Notes: a model not told the origin generated them from the letters alone. A stretch of DNA of 64,000 nt from Minisyncoccia bacterium (GCA_038251535.1 JBBSBF010000002.1:2220-66219), one strand, 5' to 3'; counted from the stretch's first letter, positions 47,305 to 57,665 are shown. Made by a program: numbers and translations.

Positions 47305-49341
47305 ATGGAAAAAATACGAGAAGGAGTGCTCACATATGGGTCGATCGCAGTGGTGTTTCTTGTACCGATGATGTACATGAGTACACGGGTATTTCCACAC
47401 ATAACCTCAAAAACGTTCTTTTTCTACGGAATTGTTGAAACGCTTTTTGCGGTATGGATATATAGCGCAATAGTTGACCCGACCTATCGATTGAGTAAAC
47501 GACAGCTATACTTTTTGTTGCCGATACTTTTATTTATCGTATGGTTCACGCTCGCGGGCGTTATGGCAGTCAATCCCCATCTTGCGTTTTGGTCTTCTCT
47601 TTCACGAGGTACGGGGATCATTTCGTTGTACCATTGTGTAGCGTTGTGTATCGTTCTTGTATCGTTGGTCAATAGATATAGTTTTGAAATATATGGAATG
47701 AAGATACTGCGGTGGATCGTATACGCTGGAGGTATTGTTGCGGTGTCCGTGTGGTGTGCAAATGAAGGATTTGATTTGCCGTACCGTTTTTTGCAGCAAT
47801 CACAAGGAGGAGGATTGGTGGGGAACTCATCGCTCGCGGCGACGTATCTGTTGTTAGTGTTATGTATAGGATTGTTTTTGGTGTTTTCCCCGACTGTTTC
47901 CAGGTCAAGAAAAAATACCATCATCGTTATCTCGGCAGTAGTACTTGGTTCACCATTGTTTATGAACATTCATGGATTACTTGTTGGAAAGAGTATCGTT
48001 GGAAGTGCTCATGGGGCAACGATCGGTATCGTTGTAGGGCTTGGCGTAACAGTTCTCGGTGCGAGCATCTTGTCTAAAAACAAGGGAGCAAAGGTAGTTG
48101 GATGGTCGGGTGTAGTTCTGGGCTTGGTAGCGTTTGTGTATGTGTGGAGTCAGCTCTTGGTCGCAGGTTCGACGATTAATCAAAAATTCATTCAGATAGC
48201 TTCGGGGACACGATTTATATTTTGGAATGTTGCGAGTGAATCAATGCATGCGCATCCATGGCTTGGGTATGGTCCCGAAAACTATATGATCGCGCTTCAG
48301 GATCACTTTGATCCTAAAATGCTTCTCTCTGATTATGGATTTGAGGCATGGGATGATAGAGCGCATAACGTGTATTACGATATGGGAGTTTCGGGTGGGT
48401 ATCCTGCCATCATGCTGTATGCGTTTGTGCTCATATCTTTCGGGTACGTCGTATACGAACTCTTTTCAAAAAAGGTGCTTTCTCGATGGCAGGCGTCAAC
48501 ACTGTGGGGACTTTTGATCGGCTATATCTTTCAAAATCTTTTTGTGTTTGACTCACTGGTTTCGTATGTGATATTTTTTGCGATTGTAGGAGTTTTTGTT
48601 GGTGCGGGGAGGGGGATGTATGCGAAAGAGCGAGGAGGGACAAAACAGATTTCTCAGAGTAGTGGTAATCTTATCGCAGGTGTTCTCATCATCATGACTG
48701 CAATTATCTGGTATAACACGACATGGTTGCCATCTCGGAAAGCAATCGCGTTTGGACGGATCCTTGATTTACCACTCAATACTCGTGCAGAAAGTTATCC
48801 AAAGCTCTCTCTAGGTTCATCGATTGGGAATGATTGGGATGTTGGAGGATTTGGACATAATCTGTTTAAACTTTACGCAGCAAAACCTGAAGAGGTAAAA
48901 AGCAATCCAAAGATTATGCGCTACGCACCAACTGATGTATCAACGTTTTTGGAATACCTTGAAAAAGTAGATACTCAAAATGAACATGACTATCGACTCA
49001 AGTTGAGTATTATCCATCTCTACAGTACCTATATTTTCCTCACCGATAAGCCTGTTGATCCAGTGTATGCGCAGCACATTCTTGATCTTGCGCAAGAAGC
49101 AGAAAAACTTTCGCCAAATGATCCACAAACATATTGGAGTGTTACGCCGATACTTACGTGGCTCGGAAGTATCGATGCGGCACAGGCAGCATATGAAAAA
49201 GCAATCAGTATCGATCCGAGTATTCCAATATCGCACACGCTCCTCATTCAGTTTGCAGAAGGTTTGGGAAACAAAAAACTAGCTCAACAGGCCTTGGCGC
49301 AGGCCGAAAAAGATATTCCAGGATTCACCTATAACCAATAA
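47305..49341 (+). CDS. Wzy_C-family membrane protein (O-antigen ligase / PglL-like O-oligosaccharyltransferase-like) with C-terminal TPR repeats
   Basis: About 12 TM helices and Wzy_C motifs in a periplasmic loop (HAHPWLGYGPENY ... RAHNVYYDMGVSGG). The C-terminus has TPR-like repeats (AYEKAISIDP...). Confidence 0.7.
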   Translation: MEKIREGVLTYGSIAVVFLVPMMYMSTRVFPHITSKTFFFYGIVETLFAVWIYSAIVDPTYRLSKRQLYFLLPILLFIVWFTLAGVMAVNPHLAFWSSLSRGTGIISLYHCVALCIVLVSLVNRYSFEIYGMKILRWIVYAGGIVAVSVWCANEGFDLPYRFLQQSQGGGLVGNSSLAATYLLLVLCIGLFLVFSPTVSRSRKNTIIVISAVVLGSPLFMNIHGLLVGKSIVGSAHGATIGIVVGLGVTVLGASILSKNKGAKVVGWSGVVLGLVAFVYVWSQLLVAGSTINQKFIQIASGTRFIFWNVASESMHAHPWLGYGPENYMIALQDHFDPKMLLSDYGFEAWDDRAHNVYYDMGVSGGYPAIMLYAFVLISFGYVVYELFSKKVLSRWQASTLWGLLIGYIFQNLFVFDSLVSYVIFFAIVGVFVGAGRGMYAKERGGTKQISQSSGNLIAGVLIIMTAIIWYNTTWLPSRKAIAFGRILDLPLNTRAESYPKLSLGSSIGNDWDVGGFGHNLFKLYAAKPEEVKSNPKIMRYAPTDVSTFLEYLEKVDTQNEHDYRLKLSIIHLYSTYIFLTDKPVDPVYAQHILDLAQEAEKLSPNDPQTYWSVTPILTWLGSIDAAQAAYEKAISIDPSIPISHTLLIQFAEGLGNKKLAQQALAQAEKDIPGFTYNQ

Positions 49342-50197
49342 GTCCTTTCCATACGCCCCGATACCACGGTATGAGTGCCTGCGAACTCTTTTTTTGAAGT
49401 ACTCGTACAAATGCATATACCGTGATGAGTAGTGTGATGGCATAGACACGTTGTATGAAGGAAAAATTTTTTTGATAAAAAATAGTCATACTTTTCGATA
49501 ACTGTTCGAGTGCAAAGGTATTTGCTCGTTTTGATCCACCTGTTTCAATCTGGTGCCAAGCCTTCGCTTGGGGGACATAGTAGATATGGTGAGCGGTATG
49601 TGTACGCCAACAAAAATCCAAATCTTCAACATAAAAATAATACTGTTCATCAAAGTATCCAATCTGTTCGAAAAGTTTCGATCGTATGAGCATGACACAT
49701 CCGGTCACAAAGTCGACCTGTTGTGGCTCGTCGTTTATTTCGTTACGAATCACATTTTTCTGTGGCATGTGAATGTTCATTCGAGCATATGAGAAAAAAC
49801 CTCCAGCCTGCCAAATCTTGTTTCGTTGTGTTGCGTAGTATATCGTTGGTCCGACGATCATAGTGAGAGGGTCCCTATCACAGGGGGCAATGAGTTGTGA
49901 AAGTGTGGTCGGAGAAACTGTCGCGTCGTCATTGATGAGTAAGACGTAGTCTGAGTTTTCGCCGAGTGCTTTTCGTATACCTTGATTTACTGCATGGGCA
50001 AATCCCATGTTTGTTTTGTTTTGAATGTATGGTAATGATGGAAATGCATGTTGCACTGGGGCTAATGCTGCTTCGGTGCCATTGTTTACGATGATGATAC
50101 GAACGATCACACCTTGGCTTTTTAATAAAGAATGTATAGCCGCAATTGTTTCTTGTGGTTTTTGATAATGAATAATGATTGCGGTAACGGTAGGCAT
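49325..50197 (-). CDS. family 2 glycosyltransferase
   Basis: GT-A fold with a DxD motif (LLINDDA) in the N-terminal half. Confidence 0.8.
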   Translation of the reverse strand: MPTVTAIIIHYQKPQETIAAIHSLLKSQGVIVRIIIVNNGTEAALAPVQHAFPSLPYIQNKTNMGFAHAVNQGIRKALGENSDYVLLINDDATVSPTTLSQLIAPCDRDPLTMIVGPTIYYATQRNKIWQAGGFFSYARMNIHMPQKNVIRNEINDEPQQVDFVTGCVMLIRSKLFEQIGYFDEQYYFYVEDLDFCWRTHTAHHIYYVPQAKAWHQIETGGSKRANTFALEQLSKSMTIFYQKNFSFIQRVYAITLLITVYAFVRVLQKKSSQALIPWYRGVWKGLIGYR

Positions 50198-50198
50198 A

Positions 50199-51359
50199 TT
50201 ATTTGAGGATTGATGCTGCTATTGCCTTACGATTTAAGACACTTCTCCAGTACGTAGCAATCGCGTGCGGGTCTCGCTTGTTTTCCTCCCATGCAGAAAT
50301 CTCATATAAAAGCGCTTCTTTTTGGTCACTGTACGTATTTTTTTTCGCAACGGTACCACTGTTGTTGTGTGTTAAAAAATGCGCGTATTCTAGTGGACTT
50401 GCAACAAGAGTCATGCCACAACACACTGCTTCTGATGCTGACAAGTTGAAGCCTTCCCATCGAGATGGAATAAAAAGAATTTGGCTGTTGAGTAAATGTT
50501 TTTGTACAAGCAATGCATGCGAGAGTGGCTTGAAGATAGCGACATTTTTTAGCTGTGAAAAATACGAACTATGGCTACCAATAACAGAAAATGAGTATTG
50601 AGGAAAAAGGCGTGGTATCGTTGTTAGTATTTTTTTAAGAACCTCTCTGTTTTTTGACCGATCATTCCATCTGCCGATTGAGATGATGCGTTGTTCTTTG
50701 TGGGTTGGTAGTGGTGCATCAATAATATCTTGACTGACAGGGTTTGGAATCACTCTAATTTTTTCCGATAGTCCGGGCATGTTCCAGTAGGATAATATTT
50801 TTGTGAGATTTTCTTTTGCGAGAGGGGATTCGATGATGGTAGTGTCAGCTAAGGCTATTTGCTGTAGTCGGTTGCGATGGAAAAATCCGATTGGAAATAT
50901 CCACTGCACTGACCGAATACTCCAATAGATAAAGTCTCGCACACTACTCCAGTATCCCGCACCTCGCAGATATGAAGGACGCAATGGATATCCAAGTCTT
51001 CCGTCACTATCGAGTTTTATAGCAGTTTTAATTTGGTTTAATACAAGAGCCTTGATGATCGGTGTAAGTGTGTACGAAAGCCAGGTATAACAAAGGATGA
51101 AATCAATCGTCTGGTTTGTTGTTTGTTCTTTCCAAAAAGATGCTCGTTTTGCATCTGCTTTTGATATAAGCATAGTGGGAATGTTTGCATCTGGATGAAC
51201 TGATGAAGAAAATGTATACACAGTGACACGATGGCCTAAATCTATAAATCCAAGGAGTATTTGGCCCACATCTTTTGTAAGCATGTACGAATCAAATGTT
51301 GGGATAAATAACACGATATTTTTAGGCATTTTTTCCATGATATGATGTAATGATAACAC
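50199..51359 (-). CDS. family 4 (GT-B) glycosyltransferase
   Basis: E-x7-E-like motif (WEGFNLSASEAVCCGMTLVAS). Confidence 0.7.
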   Translation of the reverse strand: MLSLHHIMEKMPKNIVLFIPTFDSYMLTKDVGQILLGFIDLGHRVTVYTFSSSVHPDANIPTMLISKADAKRASFWKEQTTNQTIDFILCYTWLSYTLTPIIKALVLNQIKTAIKLDSDGRLGYPLRPSYLRGAGYWSSVRDFIYWSIRSVQWIFPIGFFHRNRLQQIALADTTIIESPLAKENLTKILSYWNMPGLSEKIRVIPNPVSQDIIDAPLPTHKEQRIISIGRWNDRSKNREVLKKILTTIPRLFPQYSFSVIGSHSSYFSQLKNVAIFKPLSHALLVQKHLLNSQILFIPSRWEGFNLSASEAVCCGMTLVASPLEYAHFLTHNNSGTVAKKNTYSDQKEALLYEISAWEENKRDPHAIATYWRSVLNRKAIAASILK

Positions 51360-51369
51360 ACGTAACTGT

Positions 51370-52596
51370 ATGCATGATCGCCCAAAAGTATTGGTTTTAC
51401 TGTCGAGAATACCGTATCCCCATACTGATGGTACTCGGTTTAAGGTTTACAACAATATCCTGGGAGGGCTTTCGGAGCTCTACGACGTAGAGTTGTTGAT
51501 CGTGACGAACGATCGCCTTACAAAGGAGGCAGAAGAAGCATTATCTAAGGTCTCGAATAAATTTCACTACTTTTATTTACCGCTTACGGTACGGATTAAA
51601 AATATTTTTCGCGCCATCTTTTCCTCGCTACCATTTCAAGCGCGACTGTATCGTTCGACCAAGGCGCTTCATTTTTTTGTGTCTCATCTCAAGCACTATG
51701 ATGCTGTGTATGTGCACACATTGCGTATGGCGATCTATGCTGACGCAAGTAAAGATACAGACAAGATACTTATTGATTTTAATGACGCGATTTCATTGAA
51801 CTATATCGAAGCGAAAAAAAAGGCGTCACTGTTGTGGCGGGTAATATACTCAATTGAACTACAAAGGGTACGTTATTATGAGAGGGCACTTTTGCTCCGC
51901 TACTGTTATTTTTGTTGTGTATCACCGTATGATCGATCGTATCTTTTGGAAAATATTTCAGGAGATTTGCAAAAAAATATAGTATTTAACATAGTTCCAC
52001 ACGGCATTTCTGATGATCTCATTGGTCTCAAGAAAGAGCACAATGAAACTATTACGCGATTAATATTTTTGGGAAATTTGGAGTATCCTCCCAACACTGA
52101 TGCGATGCGATATTTTTTCAACACCGTATGGCGTGGCATACGTACTCGCTACCCACATATCACACTCACCGTGATCGGTAAGGGGCGAGAAATATTTAAC
52201 CATGCGATTGACGGAGTTACTTTTTTGGGATTTGTTGAAGATCACGGGAGTGAGTTGGCGGCACACGATGTATTTATTTCCCCACTGCGTTTTGGGGCAG
52301 GGATTCCGAGTAAAATATTGGAGGCGATGGGTGTTGGATTACCTATTCTCGGCACAACGTTTTCGTTTCGCGGTATTTCTGGCGTAGACTCGTCTTTGTG
52401 TGGAGCGTTAGTTGAGCGAGTGGGTACTGTTAATGAGTGGGTTTCTGCGATCGAAATACTTGGACCAAAGGTAACGAGAGCCCGTATTGGGTTGCACAAT
52501 CGAGAGGTGATTGATCGACTGTACTCCAACTATCAAAGCAAAAAAGTATACCAACAGTTAGTTGGGGAAATTATTTCAAAAAATAGCGCCGTTTAA
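51370..52596 (+). CDS. family 4 (GT-B) glycosyltransferase
   Basis: C-terminal GT-B motif (RFGAGIPSKILEAMGVGLPILGT). Confidence 0.7.
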   Translation: MHDRPKVLVLLSRIPYPHTDGTRFKVYNNILGGLSELYDVELLIVTNDRLTKEAEEALSKVSNKFHYFYLPLTVRIKNIFRAIFSSLPFQARLYRSTKALHFFVSHLKHYDAVYVHTLRMAIYADASKDTDKILIDFNDAISLNYIEAKKKASLLWRVIYSIELQRVRYYERALLLRYCYFCCVSPYDRSYLLENISGDLQKNIVFNIVPHGISDDLIGLKKEHNETITRLIFLGNLEYPPNTDAMRYFFNTVWRGIRTRYPHITLTVIGKGREIFNHAIDGVTFLGFVEDHGSELAAHDVFISPLRFGAGIPSKILEAMGVGLPILGTTFSFRGISGVDSSLCGALVERVGTVNEWVSAIEILGPKVTRARIGLHNREVIDRLYSNYQSKKVYQQLVGEIISKNSAV

Positions 52597-54022
52597 AAAA
52601 CATCATTCCTTTGTAAAAAAATGGTTCTTTGTATGAAATCAACACGCTAATATAGACCACCATCGATAGTACGACAGGGATCCATAGATGCACTCGGCGA
52701 GGAGTGACGAAAACTATGACGATCATACACAGCGCTGCAATGACGTACTTTTTCAACTGTTCCATGATTGGTCTTGTTTCGATATCGGCGACGAACCATC
52801 CAGTGATAGTAAGGGTCAAAAGTGATATCGTTGTTGCGATGGCGGCACCGATAGTATGAAAATACTTTGTGAGAAAATAAATGAGTACGATATTTAGTAC
52901 CACGGTGCATAGATGTGAGTAAATATAGTTCCACTGTTTTTGTTTGGCGATAACGCTATTGTTGATGAGGTGGAGAGGAAAGACGGCGATGATACTCGTC
53001 AGCAATATACTAAATATTGGGACTGATGCTTTGAAGCTCTCTCCAAATGCAATGTGGACAATAGATGGAGCAATGGCGATACCTATGATGACGATCGGAA
53101 AAGAGAAACCGATAAGCGCAGAAAGTATGATGTTGAATTGAGTTGATTGTGACGAAGGATCTTTGATCATCGACGGGAGGAGCGCGAGACTTATTAAATA
53201 TGGGACCATGTACATGATTTGGATCAGTCGCTGACCTGCTGCATAGATACCTAGACTATATGAGCCCTGGAGCCACCCAACCACGACGGTGTCTATGTTA
53301 AAGATGACTGTAGTAGAGAAAAGGAGTAAACCAAAAGGTATCATTTCTTTCCAGATGTTTTTTAGCGCACGAGTTGGTCTTTGTTTGAGATCTGTCTTCA
53401 CATATCGACCAAAAAAAATCATAACGAGCGCAACTGCTGCGGTACTCCCGATAGCATATGCCGCAACCAATGATGCTGCTGAATGAAATCGATACAATAC
53501 AAATACTCCGATTGATGCCGTGGCGATGTTTGCAGCAATCTTTATTGCCGCTTCTGCTTCCATCTTTTCATGTGCACGGATAATGCCAAACAAAAAATCT
53601 TTGAATGAATCAACTACAGTAAAGATGGCAATCCAGAAGATCAAGTGTGACGTGACGCTGATTTTTGTACTAATGCAAAAAAACACCACAATACAAACAT
53701 AGGTACACAACAGTAAAAGGTACTTGAGAAAGATACTGCTATAGATATAATCGTTACGTCTGTTGTGTGGAGCAAATGAAAATTCTCTCGCAGCAAGTGT
53801 GTGCAATCCCATATCTGAAAAGAATGAAAAGACTAGTGCTATCGAGAGTCCATATGAAAATATACCCCACTCTTGTACTCCGAGCATTCGAGCACCAAAA
53901 ATGATGAGCGCGATTTTGATCACTCGACTTACTCCTTCACCGATAAAAAGCCAAAGAGTGTTTTTTGCAACTGTTTGTGTTGCCGTTGTGTTTTTAAATA
54001 AAAATTTTTTTAAACTAGACAT
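52571..54022 (-). CDS. wzx: polysaccharide biosynthesis flippase (Wzx, MOP/PST family)
   Basis: About 483 aa with 12-14 TM helices and a PST-family N-terminus (NTLWLFIGEGVSRVIKIALIIFGARMLG). Confidence 0.75.
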   Translation of the reverse strand: MSSLKKFLFKNTTATQTVAKNTLWLFIGEGVSRVIKIALIIFGARMLGVQEWGIFSYGLSIALVFSFFSDMGLHTLAAREFSFAPHNRRNDYIYSSIFLKYLLLLCTYVCIVVFFCISTKISVTSHLIFWIAIFTVVDSFKDFLFGIIRAHEKMEAEAAIKIAANIATASIGVFVLYRFHSAASLVAAYAIGSTAAVALVMIFFGRYVKTDLKQRPTRALKNIWKEMIPFGLLLFSTTVIFNIDTVVVGWLQGSYSLGIYAAGQRLIQIMYMVPYLISLALLPSMIKDPSSQSTQFNIILSALIGFSFPIVIIGIAIAPSIVHIAFGESFKASVPIFSILLTSIIAVFPLHLINNSVIAKQKQWNYIYSHLCTVVLNIVLIYFLTKYFHTIGAAIATTISLLTLTITGWFVADIETRPIMEQLKKYVIAALCMIVIVFVTPRRVHLWIPVVLSMVVYISVLISYKEPFFYKGMMFFKRRYFLK

Positions 54023-54024
54023 GA

Positions 54025-55299
54025 TTAGTGGGTAAAGATAATCTGTATCGTTTTTAGGCTGATACCAATATCGAGCAATATATTTTTGTTTCGGATGTAA
54101 TAAAGATCATACTCAAATTTTTCTTTTGAATCCGCAATCGATCGTGCATAGCGGTATTTGATCTGTGCCCAGCCAGTGAATCCGGGTCTAATAGTGTGTC
54201 TGAGGTAATAGTAGGGAATATGTTTCTCAAGCTCTGCGACAAATTCCGGACGTTCGGCACGGGGGCCAATAAGGGCGAGGTCTCCTCGGATAATATTGTA
54301 CATTTGTGGGATCTCATCGATATGGGTCTTTCGCAAGATCTTGCCGACTCGGGTAATGCGTGGGTCAGTCTCCTCTGCCCACTGTGCCCCTAATTTTTCA
54401 GCACGCTTCTTCATTGATCGAAGTTTGTAGATAATAAAGGATGCATTGTTTTTCCCTACACGCGTTTGCCCATAAAATATGGGAGAACCATCTTCAAGAT
54501 ATATAGCAATTGCGGCGAGTAGTATGATCGGAGCGGTTACTATCAATACAATACTCGCAATCAGTATCTCTAAAGCTCGGGTGAAAAATCTGTTTCCGCG
54601 GAAATGATTGCTACTCAACACGTCAAGTGCTATTTGATCGCTCATGAGTTCAAGAGGAAATGTTCCAAGGAGGGAAGCATACGCCTCAAGGAGTGAAAGG
54701 CTTGGTGCATTTATTTTTTGTGAGAGGAGGTGGAGATCGTACGGGTCCGTTTGGTGAGCAATGATGAGGTCAACAGGGTTCTCGATCGATCGTGGGGTGG
54801 TATCCCAGTGCCCCACGACGATGCCGATATGGGAATGCTTTGACAAAGCATCTGAAAGCAGGTGTATGGTCGGAGTCGACCCAATGAGCGCAATGCGCCG
54901 TTTAAATCTAAACGCATACAAGTGATAAAATGCCCTTCTCCAAAGTAAGAGTAGTATAAAACTAGTACCGATCAAGATCGCGAGGTTGGTTTTAGGGCTG
55001 ATGCCAGTGTTTGGAGTTAGATAAAATAACACAACGGCGAGCACGGTATTTACCCCCATCGCTGCAACGAGTTGCCCAATGTTGCGAGCGTTTGGATTGA
55101 TGCGAGATATATCGTACAGATCAAATATAAAAAAAACGATGAGCCATATCAGGAACATGACACCAAAGACCATCACTTCATACCAAATATGAGTGCCTTG
55201 AGCACCGACGTCAAATCTGACGATGGCCATGATCGCAAGCGATAGGACGAGCGCGAGGACGTCTCCGAGTAATAGCAGGATCTTTTGGTGGGAAAACAT
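54025..55299 (-). CDS. polyprenyl-phosphate sugar-phosphate transferase (WbaP/WcaJ/PglC-type initiating transferase)
   Basis: C-terminal bacterial sugar-transferase domain (IGPRAERPEF ... YYLRHTIRPGFTGWAQI). The likely start is MFSHQK at 55299; the ORF tool extends it to 55521 through a hydrophobic low-complexity stretch. Confidence 0.78.
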   Translation of the reverse strand: MFSHQKILLLLGDVLALVLSLAIMAIVRFDVGAQGTHIWYEVMVFGVMFLIWLIVFFIFDLYDISRINPNARNIGQLVAAMGVNTVLAVVLFYLTPNTGISPKTNLAILIGTSFILLLLWRRAFYHLYAFRFKRRIALIGSTPTIHLLSDALSKHSHIGIVVGHWDTTPRSIENPVDLIIAHQTDPYDLHLLSQKINAPSLSLLEAYASLLGTFPLELMSDQIALDVLSSNHFRGNRFFTRALEILIASIVLIVTAPIILLAAIAIYLEDGSPIFYGQTRVGKNNASFIIYKLRSMKKRAEKLGAQWAEETDPRITRVGKILRKTHIDEIPQMYNIIRGDLALIGPRAERPEFVAELEKHIPYYYLRHTIRPGFTGWAQIKYRYARSIADSKEKFEYDLYYIRNKNILLDIGISLKTIQIIFTH

Positions 55300-55407
55300 G
55301 CAAAAATTATATAATAATTTGTGATTTTGTACAGTATGTCCAAAAGACATTCTTATGTACACTACAGGTATTACCATAAGTGGATAATCATAGTAAAAAG
55401 AGTACGT

Positions 55408-56079
55408 ATGAACAACGAACAAAACAACCAACAAAATCAGAATAACCAGCGTAACAATAATCAAAATCAGCACAATCAGCACAATCAACAACCAAAACCA
55501 GAGCAGCCGCAACAGCGCCACCCTGAAATGTCTCCAGAAGCTCCAGAGTCACAGGAACGAAACAAAAAAGCGATGAAAGGTATTGGGATCGCGCTCATCA
55601 TCATTGTCGTCGTCGTATTGGCCGCAAGCGGTAAATGGTTTAAATCGAGCGACAAAACAACGACTGACCAATCGCTTACTACCGACACACTCCCAGAAGG
55701 TTGTAGTGAAGGATCACTCTTTAGTGCGACAACAGGTAAACCATGTCCAAGTACTCCAACAACCATCGGAGGAGATTCCATGAAGGCTGACAAACCTGAT
55801 ACGACTGAAACATCCGGCTACGATGAAGCGATCAAGGCATACGCCGGCAAAATGATTGCATTTGATGGAGATTGCAAACCAGCACCTGCTTCTCCAGAGT
55901 TTGCTATCGGCACGCGCATATTGGTTGCCAACAATTCTGAAAAGACACTCATACTCTCTGCGAGTGGACGGACTGAAACACTCGATCGATATCATTACTT
56001 TACCGTCACACTCCCTATCGGTGGGATGACAGATGTATCTTGCAATGGTGCAGTTGCGGCGACTGTAATGGTCAAATAG
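55408..56079 (+). CDS. hypothetical membrane protein with an N/Q-rich cytoplasmic tail and an extracellular domain carrying one 2-Cys motif
   Basis: Poly-N/Q low-complexity tail, one TM helix, and GCSEGSLFSATTGKPC, which resembles the repeats in the 45164 protein. The likely start is MNNEQ; the ORF tool gives 55321. Confidence 0.4.
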   Translation: MNNEQNNQQNQNNQRNNNQNQHNQHNQQPKPEQPQQRHPEMSPEAPESQERNKKAMKGIGIALIIIVVVVLAASGKWFKSSDKTTTDQSLTTDTLPEGCSEGSLFSATTGKPCPSTPTTIGGDSMKADKPDTTETSGYDEAIKAYAGKMIAFDGDCKPAPASPEFAIGTRILVANNSEKTLILSASGRTETLDRYHYFTVTLPIGGMTDVSCNGAVAATVMVK

Positions 56080-56099
56080 AATATCACCGTACGTTGATA

Positions 56100-56132
56100 G
56101 AAAAACACCCTCTGTTACAGAGGGTGTTTTTC
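56100..56132 (+). terminator. rho-independent terminator
   Basis: 10-bp stem (acaccctctg / cagagggtgt), 3-nt loop and a T-run. Confidence 0.7.
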
Positions 56133-56150
56133 TTGGTGTATACTCCTGAC

Positions 56151-56417
56151 ATGGAATCTACCCCTAAAACAACAATATTGTGGTTTCGCGCCAAGCGGTA
56201 TGGGTACGGCTGGTACCCAAGTTCGTGGCAAGGATGGGCAGTGCTCGTCATGTATTTGTTTGCTGTTACGTGGGATTTCCTCGCATTAGATGGGCAATCG
56301 CACTCTGTATCTGATACACTCATCGGATTTTTCCCACACTTTTATATCCTCACAGTCTTTCTTATTATCATTTGTGAAGCAAAAGGAGAGAAGGCGAAAT
56401 GGAGGTGGGGGAAATAA
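56151..56417 (+). CDS. small hypothetical membrane protein
   Basis: About 88 aa with two TM helices, starting after the terminator. The ORF tool starts it at 56040, inside the upstream gene. Confidence 0.3.
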   Translation: MESTPKTTILWFRAKRYGYGWYPSSWQGWAVLVMYLFAVTWDFLALDGQSHSVSDTLIGFFPHFYILTVFLIIICEAKGEKAKWRWGK

Positions 56418-56437
56418 AAAAACATAGGAGTTTGAAC

Positions 56438-56938
56438 CTATGTTTTTAGTTTCGGAGTGAATAGTAAGTGAATTTTCTCTAATTTGTGAAGTAATTCTCT
56501 CGCCATAGGTTTTTCAGTATCAAATAAGAAGTAGCAAATAATTGAACCTATAGCAAACTGAGTATCAACTATTATCTGAGTGAGTACGCCTTTTTGGATA
56601 TGTACTGCACCTATTCCAGGTAATAATATTTTTTGAATGGAAATTTTTTGGGTTCCTAAAATGTCTTTTCTAATAAGTTCGTTCTTTAGAAATACGGGGA
56701 AGGTTTCCCAGCGAGAAAGAAGTTCAAGACCCTTTATGATTTCAGAAACTTTTTCATTACTTAAGTTATTTTCGACGAATACAGAAAGACTTTTCTGAAA
56801 ATCATTTATTTCGAAGAGTATTCCCGGGAGGAATCTTTCTATTAATTCTAACTCTTCATCACTGAGCTTTTTTATATTTAAAAAGCGATTTTTGTTGCTT
56901 ATATTTTGATCCACTAACCTTTTCTTTTTGGTGTACAT
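56438..56938 (-). CDS. hypothetical protein
   Basis: 166-aa ORF with no recognisable motif. Confidence 0.45.
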   Translation of the reverse strand: MYTKKKRLVDQNISNKNRFLNIKKLSDEELELIERFLPGILFEINDFQKSLSVFVENNLSNEKVSEIIKGLELLSRWETFPVFLKNELIRKDILGTQKISIQKILLPGIGAVHIQKGVLTQIIVDTQFAIGSIICYFLFDTEKPMARELLHKLEKIHLLFTPKLKT

Positions 56939-56959
56939 ATGAGTTGTTTTTGTTTAGAT

Positions 56960-57129
56960 TACGTAAAATACATCATTTGTCAAATAAAGTATTTCTGCTA
57001 TAGTGTCCCTGTGTAGATCAAAGACAGCAGGGGACATTCATTTGTCTTAATATCCTGCCGAGGTCGAACTCTCTACGACTACACAGTAGTTTTTACTAAC
57101 TACTATCTACTCACTAAATAACTAGTTCT
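56960..57129 (+). promoter_or_regulatory. rplJ promoter plus a structured leader (putative L10 autoregulatory leader)
   Basis: ttgtca-17 nt-tatagt promoter, followed by the hairpin gtccctgtgtagatcaaagacagcaggggac in the 5' UTR of rplJ. Confidence 0.4.
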
Positions 57130-57621
57130 ATGGCAATCACAAAAGATAAAAAAGTCTCTATCGTTGCCTCATTTGCTGACATGCTCAAGGATGCGCAATC
57201 AGTCGCATTTGTGCAATTTAGCAAGCTCACGGTAAAGGACGCCAATGCGCTCCGACGCAGCTTGCGTAGCGAGGGTATCACGTACAAAGTAGGAAAAAAG
57301 ACCCTACTCAAGCGTGTGCTCAGCGATATGGGCATTGTAGGTACACTCCCCGCACTCGAAGGCGAAATCGCGATAGCGGCAAGTACGGACCTTTTAGCTC
57401 CTGCACGAGTTGTGTATGAGTTCCAAAAAACGCACAAAGACATGATCACTCTTGTCGGAGGTATTTTTGAAGGAGCGTACAAGGACAAAGAAAGCATGAC
57501 CATGATTGCAACGATTCCTCCACGGGAAGTGTTGCTCTCGCAAATTGCCTACTTACTCAAGAGTCCGATGCAGCGTCTCGCTATTGCGGTCAACGAAGTC
57601 TCAAAAACAAAAAATGCGTAA
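57130..57621 (+). CDS. rplJ: 50S ribosomal protein L10
   Basis: L10 signature, directly upstream of rplL. Confidence 0.9.
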   Translation: MAITKDKKVSIVASFADMLKDAQSVAFVQFSKLTVKDANALRRSLRSEGITYKVGKKTLLKRVLSDMGIVGTLPALEGEIAIAASTDLLAPARVVYEFQKTHKDMITLVGGIFEGAYKDKESMTMIATIPPREVLLSQIAYLLKSPMQRLAIAVNEVSKTKNA

Positions 57622-57665
57622 GCATGGTACTCCTTACTATTTACTACTAACTACTAACTAATTAT

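Noticed and set aside
55321-55521. Long N-terminal extensions offered by the ORF tool for the sugar transferase (minus strand, to 55521) and for the N/Q-rich protein (plus strand, from 55321)
   Set aside because: The two extensions overlap each other by 200 nt and are hydrophobic or basic low-complexity read-through. Internal Met codons at 55299 (minus) and 55408 (plus) give sensible, non-overlapping genes.
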